Assembly: GCA_951406725.2 (NCBI GenBank)
Contig: OX597819.1
Span: 48,112,001-48,176,000, forward strand
From: Octopus vulgaris
Lineage: Eukaryota
Reading direction: 5' to 3'
DNA length: 64,000 nt
Below are positions 1 to 12,985 of this stretch, one piece after another. The notes under the pieces are model-generated. The model ran no database searches. It was not told the origin of the DNA and saw only the letters and a program-made list of their open reading frames with translations. Every line of letters starts with the position of its first letter. Position 1 is the stretch's first letter. The position numbers were made by a program, and so were the translations under genes.

Positions 1-670
1 AAATCAGGACAGTTCTAGTGATGAAAATTTAACTTCAGTTTATCTATCAAAGTTTCTTGTTAGGATATTGTATAAATCTAAATCAAGAAGTAAAGGGACC
101 AGGACTATGTGTATTTGTAAACAATATATTTTGATTTCACTTTTATTTATTTATTCATTTCTTCATCTTTTTATTAGACTGTAATTCTATCATATATATA
201 TTACAACTGCACATTATACCTTCTAAAGACAGTTTAAAACCAGAACTATGTTTAATACTAGATCCTGGCAGCTTAGCTGCGCATATCAAAATAATTTATG
301 TTTCAAACTTATGCAATCATTTACTGTAGTACAGAACATCTTCAACCTCAGAGCAAAATGTACTTCACTTATGCATGAAATCCTCTAGAAACTACCCTCT
401 ATTCATGATTTCAGATTATTGTTTAAATCACTATTTCAGAAACCTAAACAATCTGTTGTGTATAGTCAATGATTAAAACTTTTTCTTCTCTCTTTTACAT
501 TATATTGTAATAGCAAGTTGTGTGCCTGCACTAAAAATACTATGATACTGAACATGGTTTGCCTTCATTTAGTGTTTTTCCTTTGTCTTGTCTTTAGAAT
601 ATATTTTTCTTTCAATTTCTTTATATATCTTATTTTTTAAAAATTATGTCTAACCTCTTTCTTTATATAG

Positions 671-838
671 GATGAAGGATTACAAAGTAATAAGAAACGT
701 ATTTATCGGAAACGTAAACACCGTCAAATTGCTCAGCAACAAGGAGCCAGTCTCAGCAGTAACCAAACTCCTCATTTCAATGATGTTGATGTTTTACAAC
801 CTGATATTTATAGTTCAGAGGAGGAAGGTCTTTCACCT
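671..838 (+). CDS. EPC1: Enhancer of polycomb homolog, internal coding exon (DEGLQSNKKRIYRKRKHRQ...YSSEEEGLSP); upstream exons lie outside the window
   Basis: AG acceptor at 669-670 after a pyrimidine tract, GTAAGT donor at 839, 168-nt open frame, phase 0-0. Basic NLS-like patch and SSEEE..LSP resemble human EPC1 KRKYEKKPK...SSDEEPLSQ. Splices in frame to the next exon. Confidence 0.88.
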
Positions 839-2507
839 GTAAGTACAACCTTCCTTCAAATTCACATATTTTACTTTATTTTGTTGGTATATAATGTTTA
901 CATTTGAGATGACTTTTATTTATTTCAAAATGAAAAAAAAAAATTGAATATAATAAATACCATTTTGCAATTATGCAAGTATGGAGACTTATGTTCAAAT
1001 ACGGACTTATTACCAGTTTCAGATCACAGATTTTTACATATTCAGTGTTATTATAAATTCAACTATTTCATCTTTTAACAATGACTTCTTATACAATCAC
1101 ACAAAGTCTCAGATTTATATGAGATGAATGAGGTAAGCGTGAGTGATGTTAGTAAAGTGGGCAACAACAGTTGATATTTTGGCTGCTGTAACATTTTTGG
1201 AATTTCAAATCAAACTCTCTATGAAATTCAGGGAAGTACATTGCCCCATATGGTAGCCATAAGTGCTACTTAATACAGTTCACTTATCTTTTTAAATTGT
1301 GGGTCTTCCTCTACCCAGAATACCTTTGACTGGTCACCTCCATCATGTAGATCTACTTTTGTAGAGTTGAGTTAATGAAGGAACTTCTATGTAATCAGCT
1401 TGCTAGAAATATCAGCCGACTCTCCTTCAAGTCACACTCTGTGATTTTGAAGTAAGAGAAGGACATATTAGATAATGTAGTCTTTGTAATCTTTAAAAAA
1501 AAGATGATGGTCACTGCTCAAATCACTTTTGGTCATAAGTCTGTTCAATCAAAATGATTTGAGGTTAAACAACAACAAACTTATTCTAAACTAACTGGAG
1601 CTTCTCAATAAGTGACTTTTCATCAGCAACAACAGTAGCCACATCAATAACAGTTAACACTACTCACTGTGTGGCTGGAGAATTTCTGTAAGGAAGCTCA
1701 CTGTGATTACAGATTTCAAATGTTTTTAAAATGGTTATTCAGTTCATCCTGACTTGTTATCATGCACTTAGAGACATTATTCACATGTGCTTGGATATCT
1801 GAGCATGCATACACAATTGCTCCAAATGTTGGGCCTTGTTATCACTGAAGATCTCTCCTAGTGAAAGTACATCGTTAACATAACTGGGACTGCACACCTA
1901 ATGACTGGCTTTTCTCTCCAGAGTCAGGCAATAATTAAGCCCTCAATAATTATTGGTACTACAAAAAAAATAAAAACCTCAGGTTAGGCCCACAATGAAG
2001 TATTGTTCCTACATTTTCACTGGTGCTACTACTTCACTCACAGACATCCTAAACCACATCTGGGAAAGAGCTACCTAACTGATTGGCAGAAAGTCGGATA
2101 TGCACCAACCTCTGGTTCACAGGCATGCTATTCCCCACTATGACTTCATTACTGCTATTGTAATAGCCTCCCCTTCTTGGAGCTGGTTGGACTCATGTAA
2201 TTACCTTATGGGTATCCAGCTCCCTCAGCTCTTGACTAACCATTACACCCATCCATGAAGACAAGATTAAACTCTTGATATTTCAGCATATATTTATTAT
2301 AAAATGTAGACTAAAAACAAAAAACAAAAAAATTACGGAGATGTACTTGCATAGCGAGTGACTTGATCTGAGATCGTGTGCTGGAACGAAAAAAAAATTG
2401 TTTACCAAGTACTGTTTGAAATTTCATTACCATTTGATCCTTTTTTTTTTCTTACTTCCCATAAAGTATATTTTATATTTAAAGCATGATGTATTTTTAT
2501 TATACAG

Positions 2508-2594
2508 AGTATGTCACCATCAGATCATGAAGATGAAAATGATCCTGATGGACAATTCGCATTTAGGAGAAAGAAGCATTGTAATTACTATGCT
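2508..2594 (+). CDS. EPC1: EPC exon (SMSPSDHEDENDPDGQFAFRRKKHCNYYA)
   Basis: CAG acceptor, GTAAGT donor, phase 0-0. Matches the EPC-B box EDNDPDGPFAFRRKAGCQYYA of EPC1. Confidence 0.95.
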
Positions 2595-4464
2595 GTAAGT
2601 TTCATTTTTCTCTTTTTTATTAATCACCAATTGTCAGTTCGCCAATCAGGGACATATATTCAAGCTGTGCTTCTAACAAACACTGTTTCTGTCTACATCA
2701 TCTTTTCTTCATCTCTGTTGTGCATTCTATTTCTTTTATTTGCTGACCTAAGAAAAAGTGGGGTAGAGTCTACAACTTTTTAGAGTCCTATCTAAATTAA
2801 AGGAACATATTAGATTAATTCAAATTCTTGCCAGTTACAAAGTAGTAGGTGTAAAGGAAACATAGGCAAGAATTGATTTTTAGTGGGGTGTAGTTCTGAC
2901 TTCTGGGGAAAGAAGGGATGAGAAATGTCAGAAAATCTAGGGAGAATAAAGCCTGTGAATATAAGATATGAAGTATTCTGTCATTTAAACAAATGACAGG
3001 TTGATTATTATATGTTCCAGCATTACAATAAAACTCCATGAAATAAAAACGAATTTTCTATAACTTGTTAATTGGTTGCTTCACCCATATTTACCTTTCA
3101 AAAGCATAGTCTACTTTTATTTTTAATGGATGATTTCAACTACACAAGGTTTCAGAGAAGTACCAACTTAATTTAGGCGCAATATTTTCAAATTTCTGGT
3201 ATGAAGAACAGTAATGAAAACAAGTAAAGGGAAGATAATCCAAACTATTGACGTTTGATTTTGATTTCTTATATAACATATTTATTTTTGTAGGATGCTG
3301 CTTAATAGATTTGATTAATGCAGCAAGAAAACATAAGTTTTGATTTGTATAAAGAGAAAAGAACTTTAAAATTAAAAAGAAAAAAAAATTGTAATTTTCA
3401 TACTATAAAATCTATAAAACTGGAGTTTTGATATATATAAACCTGTAACGTGTTAAATGTTTGATCAACGCTGATCTTGCACTAAACAACAAGAACAACA
3501 TTTTTTCTTGGGTTGGTGAGGAAGGTTCAGCTTTAGTAAATTGGTATTGTGATGTTTTGATTTTGATGTCATTCTTAGAATTAATATCTGATTGTCACAA
3601 AGAATGTTTACTAGATATAAGAAATTTTTACTAAGTAAATAAATTTCATCACCTCTTGCAAGACCAGATGAAATGTTATACTGTGGGGGAGGCATTGCAA
3701 CTTATAGTTTCTTGTAGTAAACAAGCAACATATCAATATTTTTAAACAAACAAGCATGTGTGTTTTCTGAATGAATTGAGAAGCAGTGATGAGTGACAAT
3801 TCTGTAAATTATAATAATATTTAATGAGCATAAAGCTTATAAGTTATCACTGTGTATTGACTGAAAATAATAGTCTAATAGTGGGTTTTCCACATGCATG
3901 GTACAGAAAACTCACTTTTTTTTCCTATCGAGGGCATATATGCCCCAGTATTAGTCAATAGATGGTGATCACTTGCAAGCTTTAAGCTTATAAGATATTA
4001 TTAATATTTTCAGAAATATCAGTATTTGCTTTTATCATTCTGATTTTTTTTAATGTCATAACTAATGTTCATTGTATCTAAATTGATTCTATTTTGATAA
4101 GTTAGACCTACTCATTTTACACACACATATTTTCTGTTATTGAATTCAAATTATAATATAACACTAATTGTACAGATTAACGAAATGCAGGTAAATTTTT
4201 CATATTCTTCTTTAAAAAATATATTCATGTAGTATAAGACAGCTATGAAATTGATACTTACATAAAAGAACTAAAGTTAGCATGAATACTGAATAATAAA
4301 CAAAAAGTCAACTACAAAAATGATCGACCAAATTCATATATTTTGAAGCTGAGTCAACAGAATTCTCATAAGATTTGACTTTTTTGGTTCTTTAGTATAA
4401 TAGGAAGCAGGTGTTGAAATATTGTACATTAACACAAAATATATAACTTGAATGTATATATTTT

Positions 4465-4607
4465 AGTGGTTGGCGTTAGGAAGGGCATCCAGCTGTAGAA
4501 ACACTGCCACATCTGACTGGCCTGGTGCAGCCTTCGGGCTTCCCAGACCCCAGTTGAACCGTCCAACCCATGCTAGCATGGAAAGCGGACGTTAAACGAT
4601 GATGATG
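4465..4607 (+). mobile_element. 3' part of a SINE/RTE-tail repeat ending in (GAT)n
   Basis: GTTGGCGTTAGGAAGGGCATCCAGCTG...GGACGTTAAACGATGATGATG. Related copies at ~12590-12730(-), 18180-18335, 42720-42855, 61870-61990 and 62498-62660(-). Confidence 0.8.
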
Positions 4608-4819
4608 AAGTTACAGAGTGACTCGAGGGTCAAGAATTTCCTTCGTTGCTTTTATCTGCTGATTAATAATCTCACACACACACATATACTCTTGTGTTTT
4701 GAATTCTGTTTCTCTTTTTGTGTCATCAAACTTTTCTTGGGTGTTTAAATCTGTAGTTTATTGATATATATTAATATTCATAATATTAAATGTACAAATA
4801 TTGCTTGTTCTCATTGCAG

Positions 4820-4968
4820 CCTCGGGTAGACAGATTAGGCAATTGGCCTTGGTGTAGTTCTGAAGAAGGTGGTTCAACAGACAAAAAATTTAGATTTTCA
4901 CTTATGTCTTTTTATCCTCCACACAAATGCATAGGTTATGCAAGGAGGCGAGTAGGACGTGGTGGAAG
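4820..4968 (+). CDS. EPC1: EPC exon (PRVDRLGNWPWCSSEEGG...CIGYARRRVGRGGR)
   Basis: TTGCAG acceptor, GTAAGA donor, phase 0-2. Contains the hallmark GNWPW and CIGxARRRVGRGGR motifs of E(Pc) proteins. Confidence 0.96.
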
Positions 4969-5597
4969 GTAAGAATATTTTCTACAAACTTTTGTATTGA
5001 TTTTGTTCTGAGCTTAAACTATAACTGATGAGCTGTGAGTCATTAATTAGCCAAATATTATTGATTGTAGTCTACAACTGAAGGAAGTAGTGGTAAATAA
5101 TGTATGTCAAAGTGACCCATGATGTTCATAGCTTCCTTCAGTTATTTAATTTTTTTGAATTTTTGTATATAAATAGAAAATAGTGTTATGAAAGAAATTC
5201 TAGTTATATTGCAACTTTTAAAAATGCTATGTGTGATATTCAGCCTCTGCAGGTATTACCTATGTGAAGAAATAAAATGAATGTTTTTGAGCTGATCTCC
5301 ACAACATCAATAAGAAAGAGGTGCAAAACATGCCAAAATCATTTGATACTGTTCTACTACCATTGCTGAAAGTTTTATTGTTTGCCACCAATATCTATAG
5401 ATGCTTCTATACATTAAATATCTATATGAGAGACTTCATCAGAACAAATACTGCAGTATTACAGTGCTGTCATAGTACATCCACATTAAGTTGGATACAA
5501 AGACTACTTTTCAAATATTTTAATAAGTTTCAGTATTTCCTTTTTATTCGTTTGTTTTTTTATTATTACTCATATGTTTTCATCCTTTCTTTCACAG

Positions 5598-5720
5598 AAT
5601 ACTTGTAGATAGAGGGTTTTCTCCCCAAAATGCAATCCTTGAACAGCTGGATCTGTCAAGCTCAAACACTGCCACGGGTATCCATCATGATTATATTACA
5701 TACATCAGGGAAAGAAAAAT
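5598..5720 (+). CDS. EPC1: EPC exon (ILVDRGFSPQNAILEQLDLSS...YIRERK)
   Basis: TTCACAG acceptor, GTAAGC donor, phase 2-2. Completes RGGR-ILVDR (human RGGRVLLDR). Not in the ORF track. Confidence 0.92.
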
Positions 5721-7827
5721 GTAAGCAGTATCTTATTGTTGTTTCTCTATTCCTTTTTCTTTGTTCATGATTTATTCACATTGTTTTTGCAGGATTTTTG
5801 AAAAATATGCTCATTCTCATTTCTTTACACAGGTTATTTATTTATTTTGCTTTTTGTCTTCTTGTCATTTACTTGGCCTTTTAATGATTGCTAAGGTTTC
5901 AAAATCAGCTCTCAGCAATCCAGAAGCAGTTTTTCATTATTAAGCACATGTGTGTGCACACACACATAACAAGATTTTTATTTTGTTTGTTTCAGCAAAA
6001 TTTGGATGTAGACTTATGTCAGAGATCAGGTTGTGTATAAAGGACAATACTTTTTGACAACTTTGTAGTGTCCAGGATTAAAAAAACAACCCATATCATA
6101 GCTGTCACTTGCAGGTAAAAATGGCCTAGAAGCATGTACCATGCATGGGTGTTGATGTACTCACAAGCACACATTAGCACCCACTCAGCCCTTCCTCTCA
6201 TTGACTTAGCATAACGTTAAGGATATGCTAGCTGAAGGAGAGTGCTGTGCCACTCCTACACAGCTGCTAGTTTCAGCTGAGTAAATTGGAGGAATGTGAA
6301 ATGAAATGCCCAATCTAAGAATTTAACTCAGAGCCTTGTTCACTACCATTAAGAAATAGAATAATATGAATGTAATTTAATCCTAAGATAATCTCAGGGA
6401 TATTCTGGAATAAATCATCATTGCTGTTTCTGTGGTCTCAGTTTCGAGATTTTCCACATCAGATCTCACCCAGTTGACCTAGCTGGGGTTGATCAAGTCA
6501 CAGCTTGCATCCCAGCAGCTATAAACCACTAATCTATTCTCTTTACCCAAAGCCACCTAGTGGCCTTCTCTGCAGTTCAGTGATGGCATTTATCATCTTC
6601 CCCTTTGGTTCACAAGTAAAACTCCAAGTCCAGTCAGAGCTTTGCAGGATAAATACTCAACAAAAACCTAGCAGCCCACTTCAGTTGCCCCCACAACATG
6701 CCCGCCAATCCTGGTTTCTGCACTGCTCTACCAGCTCCTGGTATTTAGCAACCTTCCTCTCATGAGCCTCCTTCACATGCTCTTCCTGGGATACAGTCAG
6801 TTCCTACGTATTGCCTGTTTGGTGGAATTTGAGAAGATCATCATGTCTGGGCAGTTTTTAAATGGCTATAATGACTCTTCCACAAGGTTAGCATTCCAAT
6901 TTCAACTTTAAACTGACAGAAAACTGCAAATACTTTCCAGAAAAAATACAACTAGTTGTAGAGTGTGTTTTTAGTTTATCAAACCTAATTCTTACCTTTT
7001 AGCAAGTTCTAGTAAAGGAAACATACTGGCATTTCTTCAGGGATTACTTCTGGATTTAGAGAAAATGCGTTAAATCTGAGGAATTGATTTATTTCACTTC
7101 ATAGTTTTCTTCGTTTTTTTTTTTTGTTTTTTTTTCAGGTGCCTTAACTCTGTATTTGCTTAATTAACTATTTGCTACATCTAATTAATAATTTTGTAAT
7201 TTTTCTAACAGCCAAAGTAACTCAAAATGAGGTTCTATAGTCATACAGACATTGGAAAACAAATGCAGAAACTTTATAGCTCTGACAGTTTAATGATATG
7301 AAGATTCTAATATCTCTACACAGAACATAATCTGTACCACCTTTAAAAGTTTTCTATTTATCTAATAATTTTTTTTGTTGATTTATGTATTTCTGTTAAT
7401 GTTATTTTTAGTTATTATAGAAAAAAAACAGCAGAAGCTAGAACCTTCTTTCTTAGACACCAACAAAATCATTCTTAAGCATTTAACTTCTGATATTCGC
7501 TTCACACAATCGTGAACTAAGATAACTGTTTACACTCTGTACATACTTTTGGTCATTATGCTCAGCTGTCATTGAAATTCTGTCGGTTAATAATACTGGG
7601 ATTCAAGGCAGTGAGCAGACAGAATCGTTACCTCACCAAGAAAAAATGTTTAGTAGTATTCATCCAACTTTACATTCTAAGTTCAAATGCCACCAAGGTC
7701 AGTAAAATAAGTATCATTTGAATACTGGGGGTCGATATAATCAACTTATCCTCTCCCCTGAAATTGCTGGCCTTGTACCAAAATTGTACTGGGATTCAAA
7801 TATATGTGCTCTACTAACATTGGCTTT

Positions 7828-8326
7828 TTAGCCCCTTACCCGGCAAAGACGAATTAACTCGTCTTCACCCAGTTAGTCTTTTTTCAGAGTGTGACAAGTA
7901 AACTCTTCCAAAGCATATAATTTCAAAAACAGCCACAGTCGAGTTTGTGCATCAGCTCTTGGCATTTCTTGTTTTTTTTCTGGGGGTTTTTTTTTTTTTC
8001 ATATTTCTTTATAAATATATATATATATATAAATTTTTGAGAAGACAAGAGTAAAATAAATGTGTAATTCCCCATTACTTTCGATGATAAAGTTGGGGAA
8101 AAAAGAAGCAATAAATAAGGATATTAAAAAATATAGGAAGACAAGTTATCTCGTTTTTGCCAAAAATGGTATCCTCAAAATAAAATTTCAAATGAAATAT
8201 TGGAAATAGATAAAACCAATAGTTATTTCCATAATCAACATTAAAAATACCATAAAAAACAGGAATAAAAAAATTCGTCTGGAAGTGAAATGTTTTCTCC
8301 AAAAAAAGTCACGAGGCAAGAGGTTA
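7828..8326. mobile_element. Degenerate piggyBac-like MITE
   Basis: TTAG/CCCCTTACCCGG ... CGAGGCAAGAGG/TTAA: imperfect TIRs bounded by TTAA-like sites. Confidence 0.45.
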
Positions 8327-8541
8327 AGTTGTATGACTAATTGTTACTGGTGGGTTTTGTTCAGAGAAATAAACATCACAAGAGATGTGAATTCATTGCT
8401 GTGTTTAATTATAGGTAAGATGAAATGTTAATTAAATTCATTTAGAAAATGTGATACAGTTAAGTGAGAAATTAGATTATAACAAAGTTCTTTTAAGTAT
8501 AAATATTTAAGATTTTTTCTCTTTTACATTTACATTTTTAG

Positions 8542-9011
8542 TCCACATTACACACCAAGAAAACATATAAAAGAGGAGGAAATTCAAAGTCCTTGCAGCA
8601 GTGGTCAGTCATTTAAAGAGACGACAACAACAGCAACAGGAACAACAGTAACAACAGCAACAGCCACTACCACCACCACCACCACTACGACGACGACGAC
8701 GACTAACAATGCATCTACCACAGAGTTTAACTTTGAAAGCTTTCAGAACCACAGAGAACAAATATTGTTAATGCAACAGAAACAGCGCCAACGTTTGGAA
8801 TCCTGTGAAACTGATACCATTCAGACACTTGAACAACATTCCACATCATCATCAAACCATTCTTCATCTCATCTCACCTTGGACTCTGCAAGTGCAAAGT
8901 TTGCTGTGTCAGCTGTGAGAGACACCGCACAGCTGCAGAACTCATCTGGTGCTAATTCGCATTCATCCTCATCGTCGTCGTCATTATCTAATGGTCCCAT
9001 CAGAGAATGTA
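8542..9011 (+). CDS. EPC1: EPC exon with poly-Thr tract, FQNHREQILLMQQKQ and TLDSASAKFAVSA motifs
   Basis: TTTTTAG acceptor, GTGAGT donor at 9012, 470 nt, phase 2-1, open throughout. Matches the EPC C-terminal domain (human YQQHQQQLALMQKQQ and TLDSASAQFAASA). Confidence 0.92.
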
Positions 9012-9144
9012 GTGAGTAACATTTTATATCCTATCAAAACCATCATCATCACTGCCACTTGTACCACGTCTGCATCTGCTATTATTACAAATATCAAACA
9101 CAAACCAATAAGGGGACCAGTTCAGAATAGGGCCCAAATCTCCC

Positions 9145-9373
9145 TTGACCCTTTTGTTACCTTAATTCTGTTGAAATACATGCTTTTCTTACAGTTAATT
9201 TTTAAAATAATGAAAAATTTAATAAAGTAACTTTATGCATGTTAACTTAGTATTTGGAACATAAATTAACATAAGATTTTTCCGGAAAATTTTAACTTAG
9301 ATCTCTTCAAAACAAGAGGTTTGTATCATGGAATCAAGACCAGTTTCAGGTGGGTTAGTATCAAAAGAGTTAA
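9145..9373 (-). mobile_element. piggyBac-like MITE, family A
   Basis: CCCTTTTGTTAC...GTATCAAAAGAG-TTAA termini. The reverse complement aligns by eye to the copies at 10348, 18457 and 44575. Confidence 0.7.
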
Positions 9374-10235
9374 ATCACATCTTACTTGTCTTAAGAAAAT
9401 AAGTTTATAATTGGATAATTCGAGGCAGGGAGATAAGATGGTTACTGATAAAATGCTTTTGATCAATATTCTGCTTAATCAAACTACAGCAGCCATCAAG
9501 TTTGTCTTTATAAAATTTTTACTCACAATCTCATAAATTCAAATTTAAAATCTCTTCTAAGAGCTTATAATTGTTGTTATTCGCATCATTCCAACAATTT
9601 CAGTTGCTGTCCAGTTATACACTCTTTATGTAACTGTAAGGTCTTCTGTGCCCTTTGTGAGTGTCTAAACATTGAGTGTTTGCATTAGCATGTTTGTAAA
9701 TTTGAATGCTGTGTAGTGTATTTGTTGTTTGTTGAAGACTGTGGTGGGTTGAGTCTCTCTCAATATCACCTGCTCTTAGCAACATAGTTCTTGTCTTGAC
9801 AAGCATGGACTACAAAGAAGAAAACAGGACTCCTTCTGGAGTTAAAGAGTATTACTCTCAGATACCATTATGTTGCATCCAGCCATTATATAGGAAGGCT
9901 TTATTATTCAGTTGAATGTGTTTTCAAACATTGTAATTTTGCTCTAGAACATTTCAAAGAAATTCTTCCAAACTTTTTTTTTAAAGATAATCCTCACTGA
10001 TTTTCCAAGTGTACAGATTTATTATTGGTTACGCATGTGTGTGTATGCAGAAATCTTTGAGATGTATACTTTCCTTAACAGTTCATATTTTAATTTTATA
10101 ATATCAAGTATTTGTTCAAAACATTCGGTTCTGCTTCCATCCCATAACTCTCTATCATAGTAATCTTAGCAATTACTTGCTGGTGGCTCAGTGAAAGGAA
10201 GTTTCATAGAAAATACTGGACATTTGTGTGTGTGA

Positions 10236-10281
<46 letters not shown>

Positions 10282-10347
10282 AATGTCTTGTGCAATTTTC
10301 AAGAGTATTGAAAAGTATAGACAGCTTGGTTCTGTTCAGTAAGATCA

Positions 10348-10570
10348 TTAGCTTTTTGATACCAACTGACCTGAGACTGCCTCTGAGTTCTATGAAACAA
10401 ACTTCCTGTTTTAAAGTGTTGTAAATAAAAACCTTTCATCAAACTTCCTTATTTGTTCCAAACACTGACTTAATCATGACAGTTATTTTACTAAATTCTT
10501 TATTATATTTAAGACTACTTGAAAGAAAGGCTCTTTATTTCATAAGAAATATGATAATGAAAGCAATAAG
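10348..10570 (+). mobile_element. piggyBac-like MITE, family A (degenerate)
   Basis: Internal similarity (GATACCAAC...CAAACTTC.TGTTTTAAAGTG...TTATTTTACTAAATTCTT) to the other copies. Confidence 0.6.
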
Positions 10571-12839
10571 TCCAACCACTCTCTCTCTCTCATCATCTCA
10601 CATTTTCATGATTACTAAGAACATAAATATTCTAATTAATCATACAGAAAATGATATAATACATTTAGTATAAATTAGCACCTACTTTTCCAGTCTGGAA
10701 TATATTGTAAGTGTTGTATCTATATTTGTGGTAGGGCCTAATTTCAGTATCCTCTTCTTTTAATAGCAGGATCTATCTATTGGTCTGTATTAGTTAATAG
10801 AGTGCTACCATATATATATCTATGCATCACTTGTTATACTTAATCTCTGTTTATCAATTGGGTTGCATTCAGTCCTACCCTCATCATTTCATCTAAAATC
10901 ATTTTATATAGTTGACAGGCTGTCTACCAGGTAAACCCGTTATCCTCTATAGACAAATTGAATGCTGTGTTATTTGATATACACACACAATACAGCCCTC
11001 TGCTATATCCATATGTAATTAGGTTGGTAATGTCCGTATAAATTTTGAAGATAGTGGCTCCAATTTGATCTCGGCCATAATGGCAAATACTAGGAAAGAA
11101 TCCAAATTGTATCACAAACTAGATCAAGGGACTTAACTCGGGTTATTACAATTTATTGAGAAAGCTATACGTACTTGATAGTCCAAAAAGTAATCCGACT
11201 ACATGTGCTTTTACAAAAATTCCCGTTAGTAAGTAAATGAAATTAAAATAACGACTGTCGGAAGTTTGCTTAACAGAAACTTCAGGAACAGCTAGCTTGT
11301 TTTCATTTTATCGTTCTAAAACCACTAGAATTTTTTAAAGAACCCTATTAACGTAAGGTTGTATTTTGTTGGTTTTAAATAATTGAATCGTTATTGTAGT
11401 TAACACTCAATAGCTTTTGTTAGAAATTTCCAGTTGCCAGTGTTTACAGAATTTTTTGTTTTTTGGAATAACATTTACGGTGTAAAAAGCAGTATAAAAG
11501 CATTACCATATATGATGGTATGTAACACGCACTTTTTTCCCTCCAATAAGCTGAAAAGCACTAAAAGCTTTATTTCCTAAATACACGTTGCTACAATTAA
11601 TTGATGTGCATCTAATATGCCATCAAATACGGTAAGTAAAAATATATATTGAAAAATATATTATGGCGCTGGAAAAGGGAGATAACAGTGTATAACTATA
11701 GCGTTCTTAAACGTTTATTGCACTTTTCCCACCTGTACAGATATATAGTTGACTGTTGAATATCCTGTAAATCTTAGGTCCAGATTTTACATCTGATTCA
11801 ACTAATAAATTCACCTTAGAAATATGAACAAAATAAATTAAAAAGTAAATATAAATAATTCTTTTTTTTATAATTATCCAGTTGCTGTAAACATTTTCAT
11901 TTAACACTTGTATTGACAAAGTTCTTATCGTTTGCTTAAGATCAACCATCAACATAATAAAGTTTGCAGCACAGAGAACATTTTATTTTATGTCTGACTA
12001 TTTGAGATGAACTGTGATTAATAAGATTGTAATGGGAGAGACAGCTGTTAATATCAGTTTTAGAGTTTGTATTTTACACATATACTGCATTTTATTCAAG
12101 TTGATCAATTCTTGTCACCAGGTTCTATATTCCTGGTTGTGTGCATGATCCTACATTGGATTTGAAGAAGGACTCTTATTTCTAAATTACGGGTAACAGC
12201 ATTTTTATCTCCTGGGCGCCTGGTGCATTTCAGAGCCAGTTTGGGACCATGTGCATAACCAGGAATAAGATACCTGATGAGGATTTGAGATAAGAACATT
12301 GAAATGTAGTGTAGATGTTAGATATACGTCAATATTCGAGGGTTGCCCAATATTGTCCTCTGGCAACTACTTGGATACAAATTTATCTCTAACTCTGTTT
12401 TGAAATTTATTCTTTTACTATAATAAAGCAACAGGGAAAGAGGATTTGAGTTCATATATCATTAGCAATAAAAGCAACACATAACAATGTTATTTCACTT
12501 ATTTATGAACTTATGATGAACAGATATCAAAACCAAATAGAGTTTTGTGAATTAGACTATTCCATAACAACAGAACGTATCATCATCAACATCTTCCTTT
12601 AATATCCAATTTATCGTGTTTGCATCGGTCAGACGGAATCTATTGAGACAAATTTTCTAAAGCCAAATGCCCTTCTTGTTGCCAACCATCACCTGTTTCC
12701 AAGTAAGGTAATATTTCCCCACAGCCAGACATGTTTTTCCTTAAGACTGAAAATGAGCAACATCACTTGTATGACAGTGATGCTGGTTGACAAGTGTCAC
12801 ATGATGTTAAGACAAAGTAATGCATGCGCACTCACACAC

Positions 12840-12985
12840 ACGACATGCTTCTTTTCAGTTTCCCTCTACCAAATCCAATCAGATGGCTATGGACGGCTTT
12901 GAAGACACCTGCCCAAAGTTCATGTTGTGGGACTGAACCCAAAACAGTGTGGTTGGGAAGCAAGCTTCTCCACCACACAGCCAGT
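12840..12985 (-). mobile_element. tRNA-derived SINE head, family 1
   Basis: Reverse complement of the 26201 SINE 5' region (A/B boxes, GGGCAGGTGTCTTC). Confidence 0.7.

Noticed and set aside
11090-11260. PIF1/Helitron helicase-like remnant (YV...RVKSLD on the - strand)
   Set aside because: Only a few residues in broken frames; it cannot be supported by eye.
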